DNA of 64,000 nucleotides. It comes from a virus (Duplodnaviria > Caudoviricetes). The DNA lies in the IMG/VR virus record IMGVR_UViG_3300023283_000076, positions 32,001 through 96,000 of that record, one strand, 5' to 3'. The notes beneath the pieces were generated by a model. The model did no database searches, had not been told where the DNA came from, and was given only the letters and a program-made list of their open reading frames with translations. A program made the translations under genes and the position numbers. How positions within the stretch are numbered: position 1 is the stretch's first letter; each line of letters begins with the position of its first letter. Of the stretch, positions 10,379 through 20,590 are shown piece after piece.

Positions 10379-11154
10379 TTAAGCTACCTTTACATTCATA
10401 GAAATATTAAACCCTGTATTAGGGTCACGAACAAATCCTGACGTATCTTGTATAGCGTCAGCCTTTGCGGACAACGCTACAATGTGCCCACCATCAGGAT
10501 CAAGAAACCGTGCGTCAAATTCATCACCGTCAATGACAGGATACCCACCCCATGTTTTAGGCTTCGGATCATTACGCTTTAGTCGCATGACTACAGCAAG
10601 ATTGTAACCTTGCTTCAAGGCTTCGATAGCTTGAGCATCATTATCTTCGGCCAAGCTATACGTTAAATGATAATTAGGCATAGCCAATGCCATCTTTCTA
10701 TTCAGAATTTTTGTATAATCATAAAACTGGATTCCCGGAAATGCCCGCATGATATTACGATAATTAACACCCTGACGAACAACACGGATTTTTTCAAACG
10801 GAATATCACTGGTGCCGTTGAGACGAATTGCCGGTATCATTTTTCACGGTGGGCTTTACGCTCCAATGATTCAGCGTTCTGTACCAATTGTACCATGAAG
10901 CTGTCACGCTCTTCAAAAAACCACTTGGTCTTACGAATACGTGCCTTTTGTACATCATTAAAGCGACCATGCCCGGAAGTATACAAACATGCTTTCTTAC
11001 AACCTTCCGTAGCATTTGCGCATGTATTATAACCACTAATGTCATTCGGGGCGAGATACAAGATACCAGTCAATATACCCTTTTTAAGACTTTTGATCGT
11101 TTTGGCATCTGCACCTACGCTCAACAGGTTTTTCGACTTGTAACCAGTATGCAA
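10379..11154 (-). pseudogene. GP88-like phage protein split by a 1-nt deletion
   Basis: 10837..11154 plus 10379..10840 equal intact 26336..27112; GAAAAGATG became GAAAAATGA. Confidence 0.75.
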
Positions 11155-11225
11155 TTAAATTCTCCTAATTTGTTGGAAATAAAGTATATCTGATGTTTGC
11201 TTAACTGTCAATAGATTCTTTAATT

Positions 11226-11417
11226 TTACTTTAGACGCGGCAAAATTCTTTTTTCGATATGATCTGCGATTTCTGAAAATGACATTCCACCGTCATTCAT
11301 CTTTATCAGCGTAATTTTTGTATTTTCGGATAGTACATCATAACTAAGAATCTCTTGTTGTTCACCCCACTCAGGTTTATATTGAGGCTTATCCTGTGTA
11401 TCTTTCAAAACACCCAA
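11226..11417 (-). pseudogene. 5'-deleted remnant of 25940..26263
   Basis: Only the C-terminal part CCLGVLK.TQDKP...EKRILPR remains. Confidence 0.65.
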
Positions 11418-11477
11418 ACAACAAAAATATGCACAAGGATCTGTTCATAAACATCATTATTATACACAAAAACTCTA

Positions 11478-11838
11478 TCAAATCTCCTCAAAATAAACAT
11501 ACAATCCATTTCGGTTAATAGATAATACAATAAAACAATGCTCTTTTGTCAAATGAATAGAAAGATCATAGATTTCTACTTCGGTATCTACTTCCCATCC
11601 ATTTTCACATAATACATTGAATAAGATATCCAATCTTTTAATTAAATTCTTAATGGTTCGATTGTTGGAAAGATAAGTGTCTGACTCTATAAATGAAAAT
11701 CCATCACCGGGATAGGATTTTTCATTATTGCTTGTATAATTTGAAACAAATCTTTCATCCATACCTGTGATATTTGTAATGAATGTTTTAACTTCGTTTG
11801 CAAGTTCGGTTTTTCGTTTACTGTGTGTATTATTCATG
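11478..11838 (-). CDS. Hypothetical protein; paralog of 25261..25602
   Basis: Shared LFNVLCENGWEVDTE..HLTK.HCF. Confidence 0.75.
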
Positions 11839-11876
11839 ATAGTAAGAATACCATAGATTGAGGTTAAAGTAAATAA

Positions 11877-12075
11877 CAGCATGAGATTATTGCTACAAAT
11901 TGATCGCCTTTCGTCGCCGTACCCATAATTTTCCTATTATGGTTAACTCCTTATCCAGATAAACCAAGTGCAAAACACTTGCGAATACCTATCGATCAAG
12001 CAGTGCCATCTTGTAAAGTTGGAAGCTTTCACCTTCTGGAGCAAATGACTGATTCGATTACTCACTATCCAACTT
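11877..12075 (-). ncRNA. Two adjacent structured RNA domains (A 12016-12075, C 11877-12014) without the GOLLD-like insert
   Basis: Homologous to 24282-24361 and 25100-25238, with compensatory stems. Confidence 0.65.
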
Positions 12076-12142
12076 GGAAACCATCCTAACGCTTTATTTA
12101 TTCTTTGTCAACACTCTTTTCAATTTTTTCTCTCAATACATA

Positions 12143-12415
12143 CTATTCTTGTATTTCATCATCTAAATGTAAAGCCCATACAATATCAACAAATTGTTCT
12201 TCTGTCAAATCAGTCGGATCACCATAATATTCTTCTAACTTTACATGCATCAAATTACCCTGACCAACACGCCCTGTAAAAATACGACCAATGTCGACAA
12301 TTCGGTAAACCGTATTAGTCAAGCTATCATAGGCATAATCATCAACACTAGGCAAGCCATTACCACGTTCTTCAATTACGCCACTTATAATATCAGTCAT
12401 GTTTAATTTCTCCAT
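12143..12415 (-). CDS. Hypothetical protein; paralog of 23956..24213
   Basis: MTDIISGVIEERGNGLPSVDDYAY shared. Confidence 0.8.
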   Translation of the reverse strand: MEKLNMTDIISGVIEERGNGLPSVDDYAYDSLTNTVYRIVDIGRIFTGRVGQGNLMHVKLEEYYGDPTDLTEEQFVDIVWALHLDDEIQE

Positions 12416-12671
12416 TAAATACAGCTACAGCACAGTGAAAACCATCAGGGCCAAACCATTCTGTTGGCTCATTTTCTTCATGTTGTTTCTCTGGAGCATA
12501 CAAACCACCACAATGTCCAGCAGTCCTAGCAGTCTCATATAAACTTTCTTCAAGACCGACCTTACCGCTGTTAACTAAATCATACGCTTCACTCAAATTA
12601 GACACGACACCAAGAAATGATTCGCAGCATCCATCTGGCGCTTCATATACATTATATCCTACAATATCCAT
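12393..12671 (-). CDS. Hypothetical protein; only a C-terminal scrap on the right arm (~23920-23977)
   Basis: GFHCAVAVFNG..HD tail present on both arms. Confidence 0.7.
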   Translation of the reverse strand: MDIVGYNVYEAPDGCCESFLGVVSNLSEAYDLVNSGKVGLEESLYETARTAGHCGGLYAPEKQHEENEPTEWFGPDGFHCAVAVFNGEIKHD

Positions 12672-12754
12672 GTCATAAAATCCTTAGTTATAAGTGTTGA
12701 TAATTCCCTATGGGAAACGTCTATTATATATAATTAAAAAAAATATGTTAAACA

Positions 12755-12868
12755 CTAAGTATCATCAACTTCACGATAAGAATAACGATCATCCTTGCTT
12801 ATTTTAACATAACTCCATACAGTAACTGCAATCAATAACAACGCAATAAATCCAAATATGTAAATCAT
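12755..12868 (-). CDS. 37-aa single-TM protein; paralog of 23794..23907
   Basis: MIYIFGF..LLL.AVTVW, manual translation. Confidence 0.65.
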   Translation of the reverse strand: MIYIFGFIALLLIAVTVWSYVKISKDDRYSYREVDDT

Positions 12869-13644
12869 TTCTTCTTCCTCTTTGTCGGATATTTTCTGAA
12901 AGACCAATCATCAAATCCCTTGGCCTTAGACATGTCTTTATCAGATATATCTACCATATCAGGCTCAGACGGCGCAAACACCGATCCCATGTACATAGAC
13001 AATTCCTGATAAGCAGTATATGGATCAAATATAGCAGCAAATCCAAAATCTTGCAAGACCGGATTCCTCGTGATTCTTACCCGATTACTATACCTGATTG
13101 GCCTCAAATGAAAAATAGGACAATTAAGATGCAAAAAAATATCATTGGCATTTCCCCTTATTAAATCCTTTACCTCACCTACCACAATACGATCCTGCTC
13201 TTTCTTATCCATTTTTTTAAACAAACTATTTTTCTTATCAATTACCCGAAATACTTCACTTCTATAATCCATAAAATAACTAATCGAATACATTACAAAA
13301 AATCTACCACAAAATCCGATTACATCAACTTCACTAGAAATGACATTAACGTTCCTCTTGGAATATTGTTCAAAAATATTTTTTAAAATACGTCCGTTAT
13401 TATGTAAATTTCTGGCATTTTTATTACGAGGCCTATAACCATATCCGAAATATTCAGGATTCAATTTTTTTTCAAAAAATAAAGACTCTCCATCCCGTTC
13501 TACTGTAATATACGAATTACCAAAATCTACAGTAGATACAATAGATTTATCAAAAGCACCTTCACGTTTGAAAATCAACGTGGGATCATAACCTGACCCC
13601 ATCGCCGAATCATAATAATCTGAATATTTTGAAATTATTTTCAT
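12865..13644 (-). CDS. Conserved phage hypothetical protein; paralog of 23015..23797
   Basis: M.IISKYSDYYDS...IGFCG...DPYTAYQELSMY...KGF.DWSF.K.P. Confidence 0.85.
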   Translation of the reverse strand: MKIISKYSDYYDSAMGSGYDPTLIFKREGAFDKSIVSTVDFGNSYITVERDGESLFFEKKLNPEYFGYGYRPRNKNARNLHNNGRILKNIFEQYSKRNVNVISSEVDVIGFCGRFFVMYSISYFMDYRSEVFRVIDKKNSLFKKMDKKEQDRIVVGEVKDLIRGNANDIFLHLNCPIFHLRPIRYSNRVRITRNPVLQDFGFAAIFDPYTAYQELSMYMGSVFAPSEPDMVDISDKDMSKAKGFDDWSFRKYPTKRKKK

Positions 13645-13653
13645 CTCTATTCC

Positions 13654-13794
13654 CTATTTTGAACGCGCTCGCGAATCATCAATATGCTTCTTGAGCTTAC
13701 CCTTGATTCCTAATGCGAACCGGGACAATTTAGTCAATCCGATGACTACCAATATTCCAATTGTAGCATACAACGGCACAAAATACAAAACCAT
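13654..13794 (-). pseudogene. C-terminal remnant (46 aa) of the membrane protein 21250..21729
   Basis: VLYFVPLYATIGILVVIGLTKLSRF..GKL..HIDD aligns to the end of 21250..21729. Confidence 0.6.
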
Positions 13795-13803
13795 ATCTTA
13801 AGA

Positions 13804-13832
13804 CCTTTATCATATTTTTATGATGTTGTCAA
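13804..13832 (-). promoter_or_regulatory. TTGACA-N17-TAAAGG promoter-like motif
   Basis: One of 9 copies of the motif. Confidence 0.65.
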
Positions 13833-13896
13833 CCCTTGATCTAACACTTTTTGTATGCTATGCTATGGTAGCAAATACCATATCCCATACGCTAAA

Positions 13897-14071
13897 TGAG
13901 AATCATTATCATTTGCAATAGCGTTCGTATATGATAAAAATGTTTGACAATTTTTTGAAACTATGATACGATGAAAGTAATATGCAAAAAATCTGAATGC
14001 GAACGATTATCATTTCCAACCCTACTTGAGAATGGTTCGTATTCTCACAAGCGTGATGAGAATGATTCTCG
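13897..14071. promoter_or_regulatory. Fur-box-like sites
   Basis: TGAGAATcATTATCA (13897), TGCGAACgATTATCA (13998), TGAGAATgATTCTCG (14057) vs TGATAATnATTATCA. Confidence 0.6.
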
Positions 14072-14487
14072 TTTGTACCCTCATTACCATCCTCAATACC
14101 CTTTCCTACACTTGAAAAATATAAAATACTCTATCCATCATCCAAAAACATAGGGGGCCAAGCTATAAAATTGATTAGTCCCCTAGGGCAAAATCAATAC
14201 CCTTCAAAAAAAGTGTAATAAAAACAATTAGTTATGGTAACAAGGGTCTCAGTGAATTTTTTTAAATTTTTTGACGATAGGGGCCATGCCAAAAAGAGTT
14301 TTACAAGGATCTCCTAATATAGATAAAAAATAGAGTAAAAACAACACTTTAATGCAGGGTTTTTAAAAATTAATAATATAGTGTTTATAGGTTTTTCAGA
14401 ATGATATTATAATGATATCACGATAATATTTATATAATATGATTTTTACAGTTCACATAATAGTATATGTTATTGAAATATATTGAA

Positions 14488-14513
14488 AACCCCTAACGCA
14501 CGCGTTAGGGGTT
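14488..14513. repeat. 26-bp palindrome at the inner end of the left arm
   Basis: AACCCCTAACGC-AC-GCGTTAGGGGTT. Confidence 0.9.
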
Positions 14514-14602
14514 ATGATATATATGCTGATAGTGTTACGCTTAACGAAATATTTAATGGTTTGAAGGTATCTAATAAATATAAAATACTGTATACATAAT
14601 TA

Positions 14603-15150
14603 ATGAGAATTCAAACCATTCTTTCATTATATGAAGCCCTCAAACCTTCTCAATACAGAGATATTGTAAAAAATTGGGATAAGACATATTTGGAAAAGGT
14701 ATTTAAAAATTCTCCGCATAAGAAGGATAGGAATGCTTATAGGTTATACATTCCTATTTCGGCTACTGATAATATTGTTATAGAGCCCAATCCTAGGATT
14801 AAAGATTATTTGGATAGTAATGATTTTGAAATAGGAGATTATGTTAAGGGTTATGTTAAAAAGAAATCAGATGGTAGAACCATGAAAATCGGAAAAGTGT
14901 TGCCTGATGAACTAAAACAAGTATTTGTTAATGATCCTAAAAGGCGAGCATCCAAACATGAAACTATGGTGGTAATATCCCGGCATCCGTATGATATAGC
15001 TGGAATGAGTACTGACCGGGGGGTGGACTAGTTCCCAAAATTTAGTTAATGGATCGTACTGTAGATTTGTTCCTAACGATATTAAAGCGGGGACTATTAT
15101 TACATATGAGACAAATAATTTTAAAATATACATTTTTATTTTACCTATAT
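14603..15150 (+). pseudogene. Phage hypothetical protein frameshifted at a G6 run
   Basis: ORF 14603..15031 ends GMSTDRGVD; shifted frame continues RGWTSSQNLVNGSYCRF..DIKAGTII and soon stops. Confidence 0.55.
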
Positions 15151-15570
15151 ATTAAAAATAAAAGTATACTAAGAATTAAAAAATATGATAGCAAAAACAC
15201 ATAAATTAAAATGATGAATAAAAGAATACCAGTCCTAACGCCAGATATTTCTGAGTTATCTAGATCTACGGAGAATTTTATAATATTTTTAATCATTTAT
15301 ATACACTTCAATTTATTTTGACTATTATAACACAAGTCTAATGAAGTTTCTACGTTTATTCATTTCTCGAATGATACGATTCAAATAGGTATTCGATTTT
15401 TTTTCAAGGATTCTTACTTTTCGTGAATCGTCTTTATACATTATTTGATATACGGTTAGAAATATTTGGATCTTTTAAATCATACGAAATGTTTAGCGTA
15501 TAGTTTTTTGGCATTTACGGGAACAATATGTCCATCATCGTCATAAACAATAAAACTTTCATTGTTAAAA

Positions 15571-16213
15571 TTAATCGTTTTCATAAATTAAACCTCCAAC
15601 AACCCTAGAAATGTTTTCATAGGTAGGTTTAATATCATGATAAACATCATTTCTGATGATAAAACATCCATTCTTTATACGATTAGATAGATTCATCCAA
15701 TTTTCACCGATTGAATGTAACATTTCGTGAATATCATCAGTATTTTTATTATGTAATTCTTTGTGTAAAAAGAACTTCCTAGCAAACATTTGTAGACTGT
15801 TTCTTTTCCAATCCCTAGCTCTCCATAGAAAAGCATTACAAACGTCTTCACGAGGAACTGAGAAAGCCCTAGAGTCAAATACAGCCATCTATATCTCTTT
15901 CTTTAAGAATTTGATTGAAATATGCTGTCATGTATGCTGCACTTAGTGAAACCTGTTTTGAATGATTGTAATTAAACCACCCCTGTGTTTCATGCGTTTC
16001 ATAATCAGTAAGTAAAAATGTGACTTCATCCGACTGAATAAATGCGGCCTTGAAACCTTGCATTTGTTTTGAAACCATAAGAGCACTCGTGTCCATTGCA
16101 TCCATGAGTCTTCGCAAATGGATATTTACCCGAATAAACGTCTCCCGTAAGTGTAGTATCAACCATCTGTAATAATTCTCCGTTAAATAATAATAACATA
16201 AATCATTAAACAA
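15571..16213 (-). pseudogene. thg1: tRNA-His guanylyltransferase (Thg1)-like, split and N-terminally degraded
   Basis: AFIQSDEVTFLL, QGWF...K.VS.SA..MT..FN, AVFDSRAFSVP..DV.N.F.WR..D..RNSLQM; catalytic RLDG motif not found. Confidence 0.8.
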
Positions 16214-16323
16214 TTCAAGCCATTAACAGTTAAATAATTCGTTAAAATAATAAATCAATAGAAATCCGACTTTTGCATTCTTAGAATCAAAGATTAATAT
16301 AGTTTCCTTGAATATGAATTATT

Positions 16324-17523
16324 TTAATTATATTCCGTTGCATTTTTTCTGTTCAAATAATCATCAGAAATAGATTTTAAAATCAATCGACCAATAGTAG
16401 TATCAGGAATTTCATATTCAAGAGGTTTAATTACAGCACCTTCCCGAATGTGAGTTCCTGTGATCGAATCCTTTCCATCAGTATATTGCCCTATTGTGCC
16501 ATAAAAAATTGGCCCACGATAAAGCTCTGGAACAGTTTCAATTCCAAATCCTTCCATAACTTTAAGCATGTTTTTGTATGGAAGATATTTACCCTTTCCG
16601 GGTTCGCCTATATAAACATCAAATACTCTGAAATTGGTTTCATTCAACCCATAATCTAAATCTTGAACAGCTTTTCCATATATTTCGCCAATGATATATA
16701 TCGGCTTATTTACTGACGCATCTTCTTTGAGACTTTCCGCTACTTCATAAATATCAAACCGCTCATGAAATTTCTTGAAGGCTTTCATATACAAATTGTT
16801 TGTATTAGCTTCATTATCCTTGAAAGCTAACCCCTTTGAAGAAAGTCCCTTTGAAGTTACAATACAATTAGTATACGGAATTTCTTCGTGAACAGGGTGC
16901 TCTTGCACTCGCTCTCCATTAACATAATAATAATTAGGCCATACACCAAAACAACACCATGTGCCATGAAGCTTTTCTGTAATAACACATTGAATACCTA
17001 AAACCTCTAATGCTTGCTCATATTGAGGATGATTCTTGATATTTTCAATATCATACTTCAAAGTCTTACCAGAAAGATTACAAACCTCACCACTCATCTG
17101 TGTAGGAATTTCAGGTTCCCATTTTACAATATATAAAAATTGAGAAACATCTGTCCCAATATCTTCTTCACCTACAGACATGGCTTCTTCCATACCATAT
17201 TCATTACACAAAATACCATCAACAATAGGATATAATAACCCTAAACTCGTCTCTCCACGAAGCTTAACAGCCTTTACACGATTACCTCTAGAACCAGCTA
17301 GTTTACCAATGCCCTTCTCTACATCCCATAAGTTCATGTCTTCTAAAATGTATCGAGGAACAAGAGTTTGCTCAGGAATGTATACAACAAGATCACCTTC
17401 ATTAAATTGACCCTTTTTAACAATACATTGATATCCCAATACATCAGCAAACTCTAATGCATCTGCATTAGGATGTGGACGAATCCTTTCGATTTTTTCA
17501 ATTGTCGCTTTTCTATCTGCCAT
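16324..17523 (-). CDS. RNA ligase, DRB0094/Rnl2-like family
   Basis: HPNADALE N-domain; TEKLHGT (motif I), GEIYG, FRVFDV, EGAVIK, LILKSIS..YL. Confidence 0.88.
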   Translation of the reverse strand: MADRKATIEKIERIRPHPNADALEFADVLGYQCIVKKGQFNEGDLVVYIPEQTLVPRYILEDMNLWDVEKGIGKLAGSRGNRVKAVKLRGETSLGLLYPIVDGILCNEYGMEEAMSVGEEDIGTDVSQFLYIVKWEPEIPTQMSGEVCNLSGKTLKYDIENIKNHPQYEQALEVLGIQCVITEKLHGTWCCFGVWPNYYYVNGERVQEHPVHEEIPYTNCIVTSKGLSSKGLAFKDNEANTNNLYMKAFKKFHERFDIYEVAESLKEDASVNKPIYIIGEIYGKAVQDLDYGLNETNFRVFDVYIGEPGKGKYLPYKNMLKVMEGFGIETVPELYRGPIFYGTIGQYTDGKDSITGTHIREGAVIKPLEYEIPDTTIGRLILKSISDDYLNRKNATEYN

Positions 17524-17527
17524 ATAG

Positions 17528-18655
17528 TTAACTCGCTTTTTCAAACCATGGTATTTCTAATTCGTTAAATCTCTTAAGCTGTCCGTCATCATAATATTCA
17601 ATTTTATTTTTATATTCATATCCATCAGAATCTTTACGATGAATCAAATTATTATTCGAATCAAATTCTTTCCAATATTCATATCCATCAGAACTTTTAC
17701 AATGAATCAAATTATTATTCGAATCATATTCTTTCCAATATTCAACTTCATCGGAACTTTTATAATGAATCAAATTATTATTCGAATCATATTCTTGCCA
17801 ATATTGAAATCCATTAGAATTCTTATAATGAATTACATTATTATTGGAATCAAATTCTTGCCAATATTCATATCCATCAGAATTCTTATAATGAATCAAA
17901 CTATTATTGGAATCATATTTTTTCCAATATTCAACTTCACCAGAATTCTTATAATGAATCAAATTATTATTCGAATCAAATTCTTGCCAATATTCATGCC
18001 CATCAGAGTGGTTATAATGAATTAAATTATTATTGGAATCATATTTTCTCCAAGATTCTATACCATCAGAATTCTTAAAATGAATTAAATTATTATTGGA
18101 ATCATATTTTCTCCAAGATTCTATACCATCAGAATTCTTAAAATGAATTACATTATTATTCGAATCAAATTCTTGCCAATATTGAAATCCATCAGAATCT
18201 TTATGATGAGTCAAATTATTATTCGAATCAAATTCTTGCCAATATTCATGCCCATCAGAATCTTTACGATGAATCAAATTATTATTCGAATCAAATTCTT
18301 TCCAATATTCATATCCATCAGAACTTTTACAATGAATCAAATTATTATTCGAATCATATTCTTTCCAATATTGAAATCCATTAGAATTCTTATAATGAAT
18401 CAAATTATTATTGGAATCATATTTTTTCCAAGATTCTATACCATCAGAATTCTGATAATAAATCAAATTATTATTCGAATCAAATTCAATGCTATCTTTA
18501 TTATTCTTTAACCACCTGACATAATCTTTATGATCACCGTTAACTTGATCTAATAACTCAAGCGGAAATCCAATAAGATTATTATTTTTTACAAATTCAA
18601 CAGCACTAGTACATGCATCGCGTTCATTTAAAAATTTTTCAGTTAATGTATTCAT
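17528..18655 (-). CDS. Tandem 21-aa repeat protein (beta-repeat, YD/MORN-like)
   Basis: ~14-15 repeats of (E/K)(Y/F)DSNNNLIH(Y/R/F)K(N/D)SDG.EYW.; 63-bp DNA period. Confidence 0.85.
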   Translation of the reverse strand: MNTLTEKFLNERDACTSAVEFVKNNNLIGFPLELLDQVNGDHKDYVRWLKNNKDSIEFDSNNNLIYYQNSDGIESWKKYDSNNNLIHYKNSNGFQYWKEYDSNNNLIHCKSSDGYEYWKEFDSNNNLIHRKDSDGHEYWQEFDSNNNLTHHKDSDGFQYWQEFDSNNNVIHFKNSDGIESWRKYDSNNNLIHFKNSDGIESWRKYDSNNNLIHYNHSDGHEYWQEFDSNNNLIHYKNSGEVEYWKKYDSNNSLIHYKNSDGYEYWQEFDSNNNVIHYKNSNGFQYWQEYDSNNNLIHYKSSDEVEYWKEYDSNNNLIHCKSSDGYEYWKEFDSNNNLIHRKDSDGYEYKNKIEYYDDGQLKRFNELEIPWFEKAS

Positions 18656-18771
18656 TTGTTTACTCCATGGGGTTTCAATCAGTGAATTTTAAAGTAGGGC
18701 AAATACCACTCTTAACAGCTTTCATCTTTTCAATAATTATGTTATCAGAATCACTAATAATACCAGAAAGT

Positions 18772-18972
18772 CTATATTTTCTGAACAAAAATATACCATA
18801 TCCAGTCGCTATGGCTATCCATAACAAATATCCGATGACTAAAGATGTCAAAATACCTCCAGACCAAGAAAAGTGTTCCCATGTAATAATATAGAAATGG
18901 TGACATCAACGAAAATATACCCAGTCCTATCATGGATATTATCCATGATACGAAAAAAATTATGAATACCAC
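18772..18972 (-). CDS. Small membrane protein
   Basis: Hydrophobic ORF co-oriented with neighbours. Confidence 0.5.
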   Translation of the reverse strand: MVFIIFFVSWIISMIGLGIFSLMSPFLYYYMGTLFLVWRYFDIFSHRIFVMDSHSDWIWYIFVQKI

Positions 18973-19175
18973 CGACCATATAAATTACCAGAAAAATGTA
19001 CATACATTTTTAGCAGGATTTTTAAAAATAAGATTAGTTATTCTATATGTCTTGCTCTTTTTACTTATACTTAATTCTTTCACCAGTTTTTCTCCTAAGT
19101 TTTAACCAGTATTACATATATCATACATTAAGTCAAGAAGCTTCTAAACTTCTTCTATAAAATTAATATAAAAAC

Positions 19176-19427
19176 CTAACATAATCCTTCTTCTTCCTTT
19201 CCTTCTTCTTCTTTGATAATATTAGATATAAATATCTGTACTAAATAATTACCCGCATCAATATGAGTCTTGAATCCCTTTACACGACCATAACCCCCAT
19301 AAATCGATAACGCATCCCATCCACTATCATATTCAAAAATAGACCCCAAAAGTATATCTCCATAATAAAACATATATCCATCATCTGAATAATATACGAA
19401 ATTATAGTCCGATTCCTCAGTTTTCAT
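19176..19427 (-). CDS. Hypothetical protein
   Basis: ORF track; overlaps the stop of the upstream gene. Confidence 0.65.
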   Translation of the reverse strand: MKTEESDYNFVYYSDDGYMFYYGDILLGSIFEYDSGWDALSIYGGYGRVKGFKTHIDAGNYLVQIFISNIIKEEEGKEEEGLC

Positions 19428-19630
19428 AATAAATCCTCTTTATATGAATAATCTTCTCTTAAAGCATCTGTAATAGAAATCACTATACATCCGTGTTCAA
19501 TTTTAAACATCATGGAAGACGTAATAAGTAATCTACTTATACCATAATCATCATCATGAAGCAAAACCTCTACATCGCCGTGTTCGGCTTTTAGCCTTTC
19601 TAAATTTTTAATTAATTCACTTATAATCAT
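19424..19630 (-). CDS. Hypothetical phage protein
   Basis: MIISELIKNLERLKAEHGDVEV, common phage small-protein start; RBS GGAA. Confidence 0.7.
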   Translation of the reverse strand: MIISELIKNLERLKAEHGDVEVLLHDDDYGISRLLITSSMMFKIEHGCIVISITDALREDYSYKEDLL

Positions 19631-19817
19631 ATTTTAATTTCCTTTCAATTTTTGCCATTCTTTTATTCCTGATTTCTATTCGTCAATATACTACAGAATG
19701 GAATCAATGTCAATTCAATCCTTAAAAACATAAATGATCCTAAATTATATAATAAAAAATGTACCAGAATATAACATTAAATAATTCGTTAAGCTCATCA
19801 TAACCTACATATATACC

Positions 19818-19847
19818 AAAACCCCTAACGCACGCGTTAGAGGTTTT
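19818..19847. repeat. 30-bp palindrome at the inner end of the right arm
   Basis: AAAACCCCTAACGC-AC-GCGTTAGAGGTTTT. Confidence 0.9.
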
Positions 19848-20276
19848 TAATATATTTCAATAACATACATTATTATGTGAACTGTAAAAATTATATTATA
19901 TAAATATTATCGCAATATCATATTGATAACATTCCGAAAACCCTATAAACACTATATTTTCAATTTTAAAAAAATACTACATAAAGTATTGTTTTTAAAC
20001 ACTTTTTTATGATGATTGGGTGGAAAATGTAAAAATATATTTGGCATGGCCCGCAAAATATAAAAATATCAAAAAAATTCTCTCAGACCCTCTTTACCAT
20101 AAGTAACTGTTTTTATTACATTTTTTTATAATGTTATTAAGTTTTTCCCTAGGGGACTAATCAATTTTTACCTTGGCCCCCTATGTAATATAGATGATTT
20201 TTATAAAACAGTTTAAAATAGTAAAAACAATTGTAAGTATTGTTGATACAGTTTGGGATGGTAATGAGGGTAAAAA

Positions 20277-20482
20277 TGAGAATCATCCTCATCGGCGTAT
20301 TGCAAATGATTATCATTCTCATCACGCTCATGAGAATAAGAATCATTCTCAAATAGCGTCATAAATGATAATCATTCTCATTTAAGATTTTAGATATATT
20401 ACTTCCATCGTATCACATTTTTAAAAAGTTGTCAAGCATTTTCATCATATGCGAACGCTATTACAAATGATAACAATTCTCA
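20277..20482. promoter_or_regulatory. Array of five Fur-box-like sites
   Basis: 7-1-7 matches at 20277, 20307, 20337, 20366 (TGATAATcATTCTCA), 20468. Confidence 0.65.
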
Positions 20483-20546
20483 TTTAGCGTAGGACATAAT
20501 GATATTCTCTACCATATTATATCACAAAAAAAGTTTAAATCAAGGG

Positions 20547-20575
20547 TTGACATTGTATATATTATATGGTAAAGG
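20547..20575 (+). promoter_or_regulatory. TTGACA-N17-TAAAGG promoter-like motif
   Basis: Upstream of the first right-arm operon. Confidence 0.65.
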
Positions 20576-20590
20576 TACTAAAGTAGGAAT

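Larger units (their letters stand above)
1..14513 (-). repeat. Left arm of diverged inverted duplication (continues past window start)
   Basis: Gene order and proteins mirror 19818-39416 (rIIA, rIIB, tilS, GP88-like, tRNAs); base 1 aligns to ~39416. Confidence 0.95.

Noticed and set aside
17639-18511. Ile-rich + strand ORFs (17639..18025, 18143..18511)
   Set aside because: Antisense shadows of the 63-bp repeat gene
17528-18655. Diversity-generating retroelement target
   Set aside because: No reverse transcriptase or template/variable repeat pair with adenine-specific differences is visible in the window
20161-20352. MRMIL-repeat ORF
   Set aside because: Produced by the repeated Fur-box-like DNA motifs; no RBS
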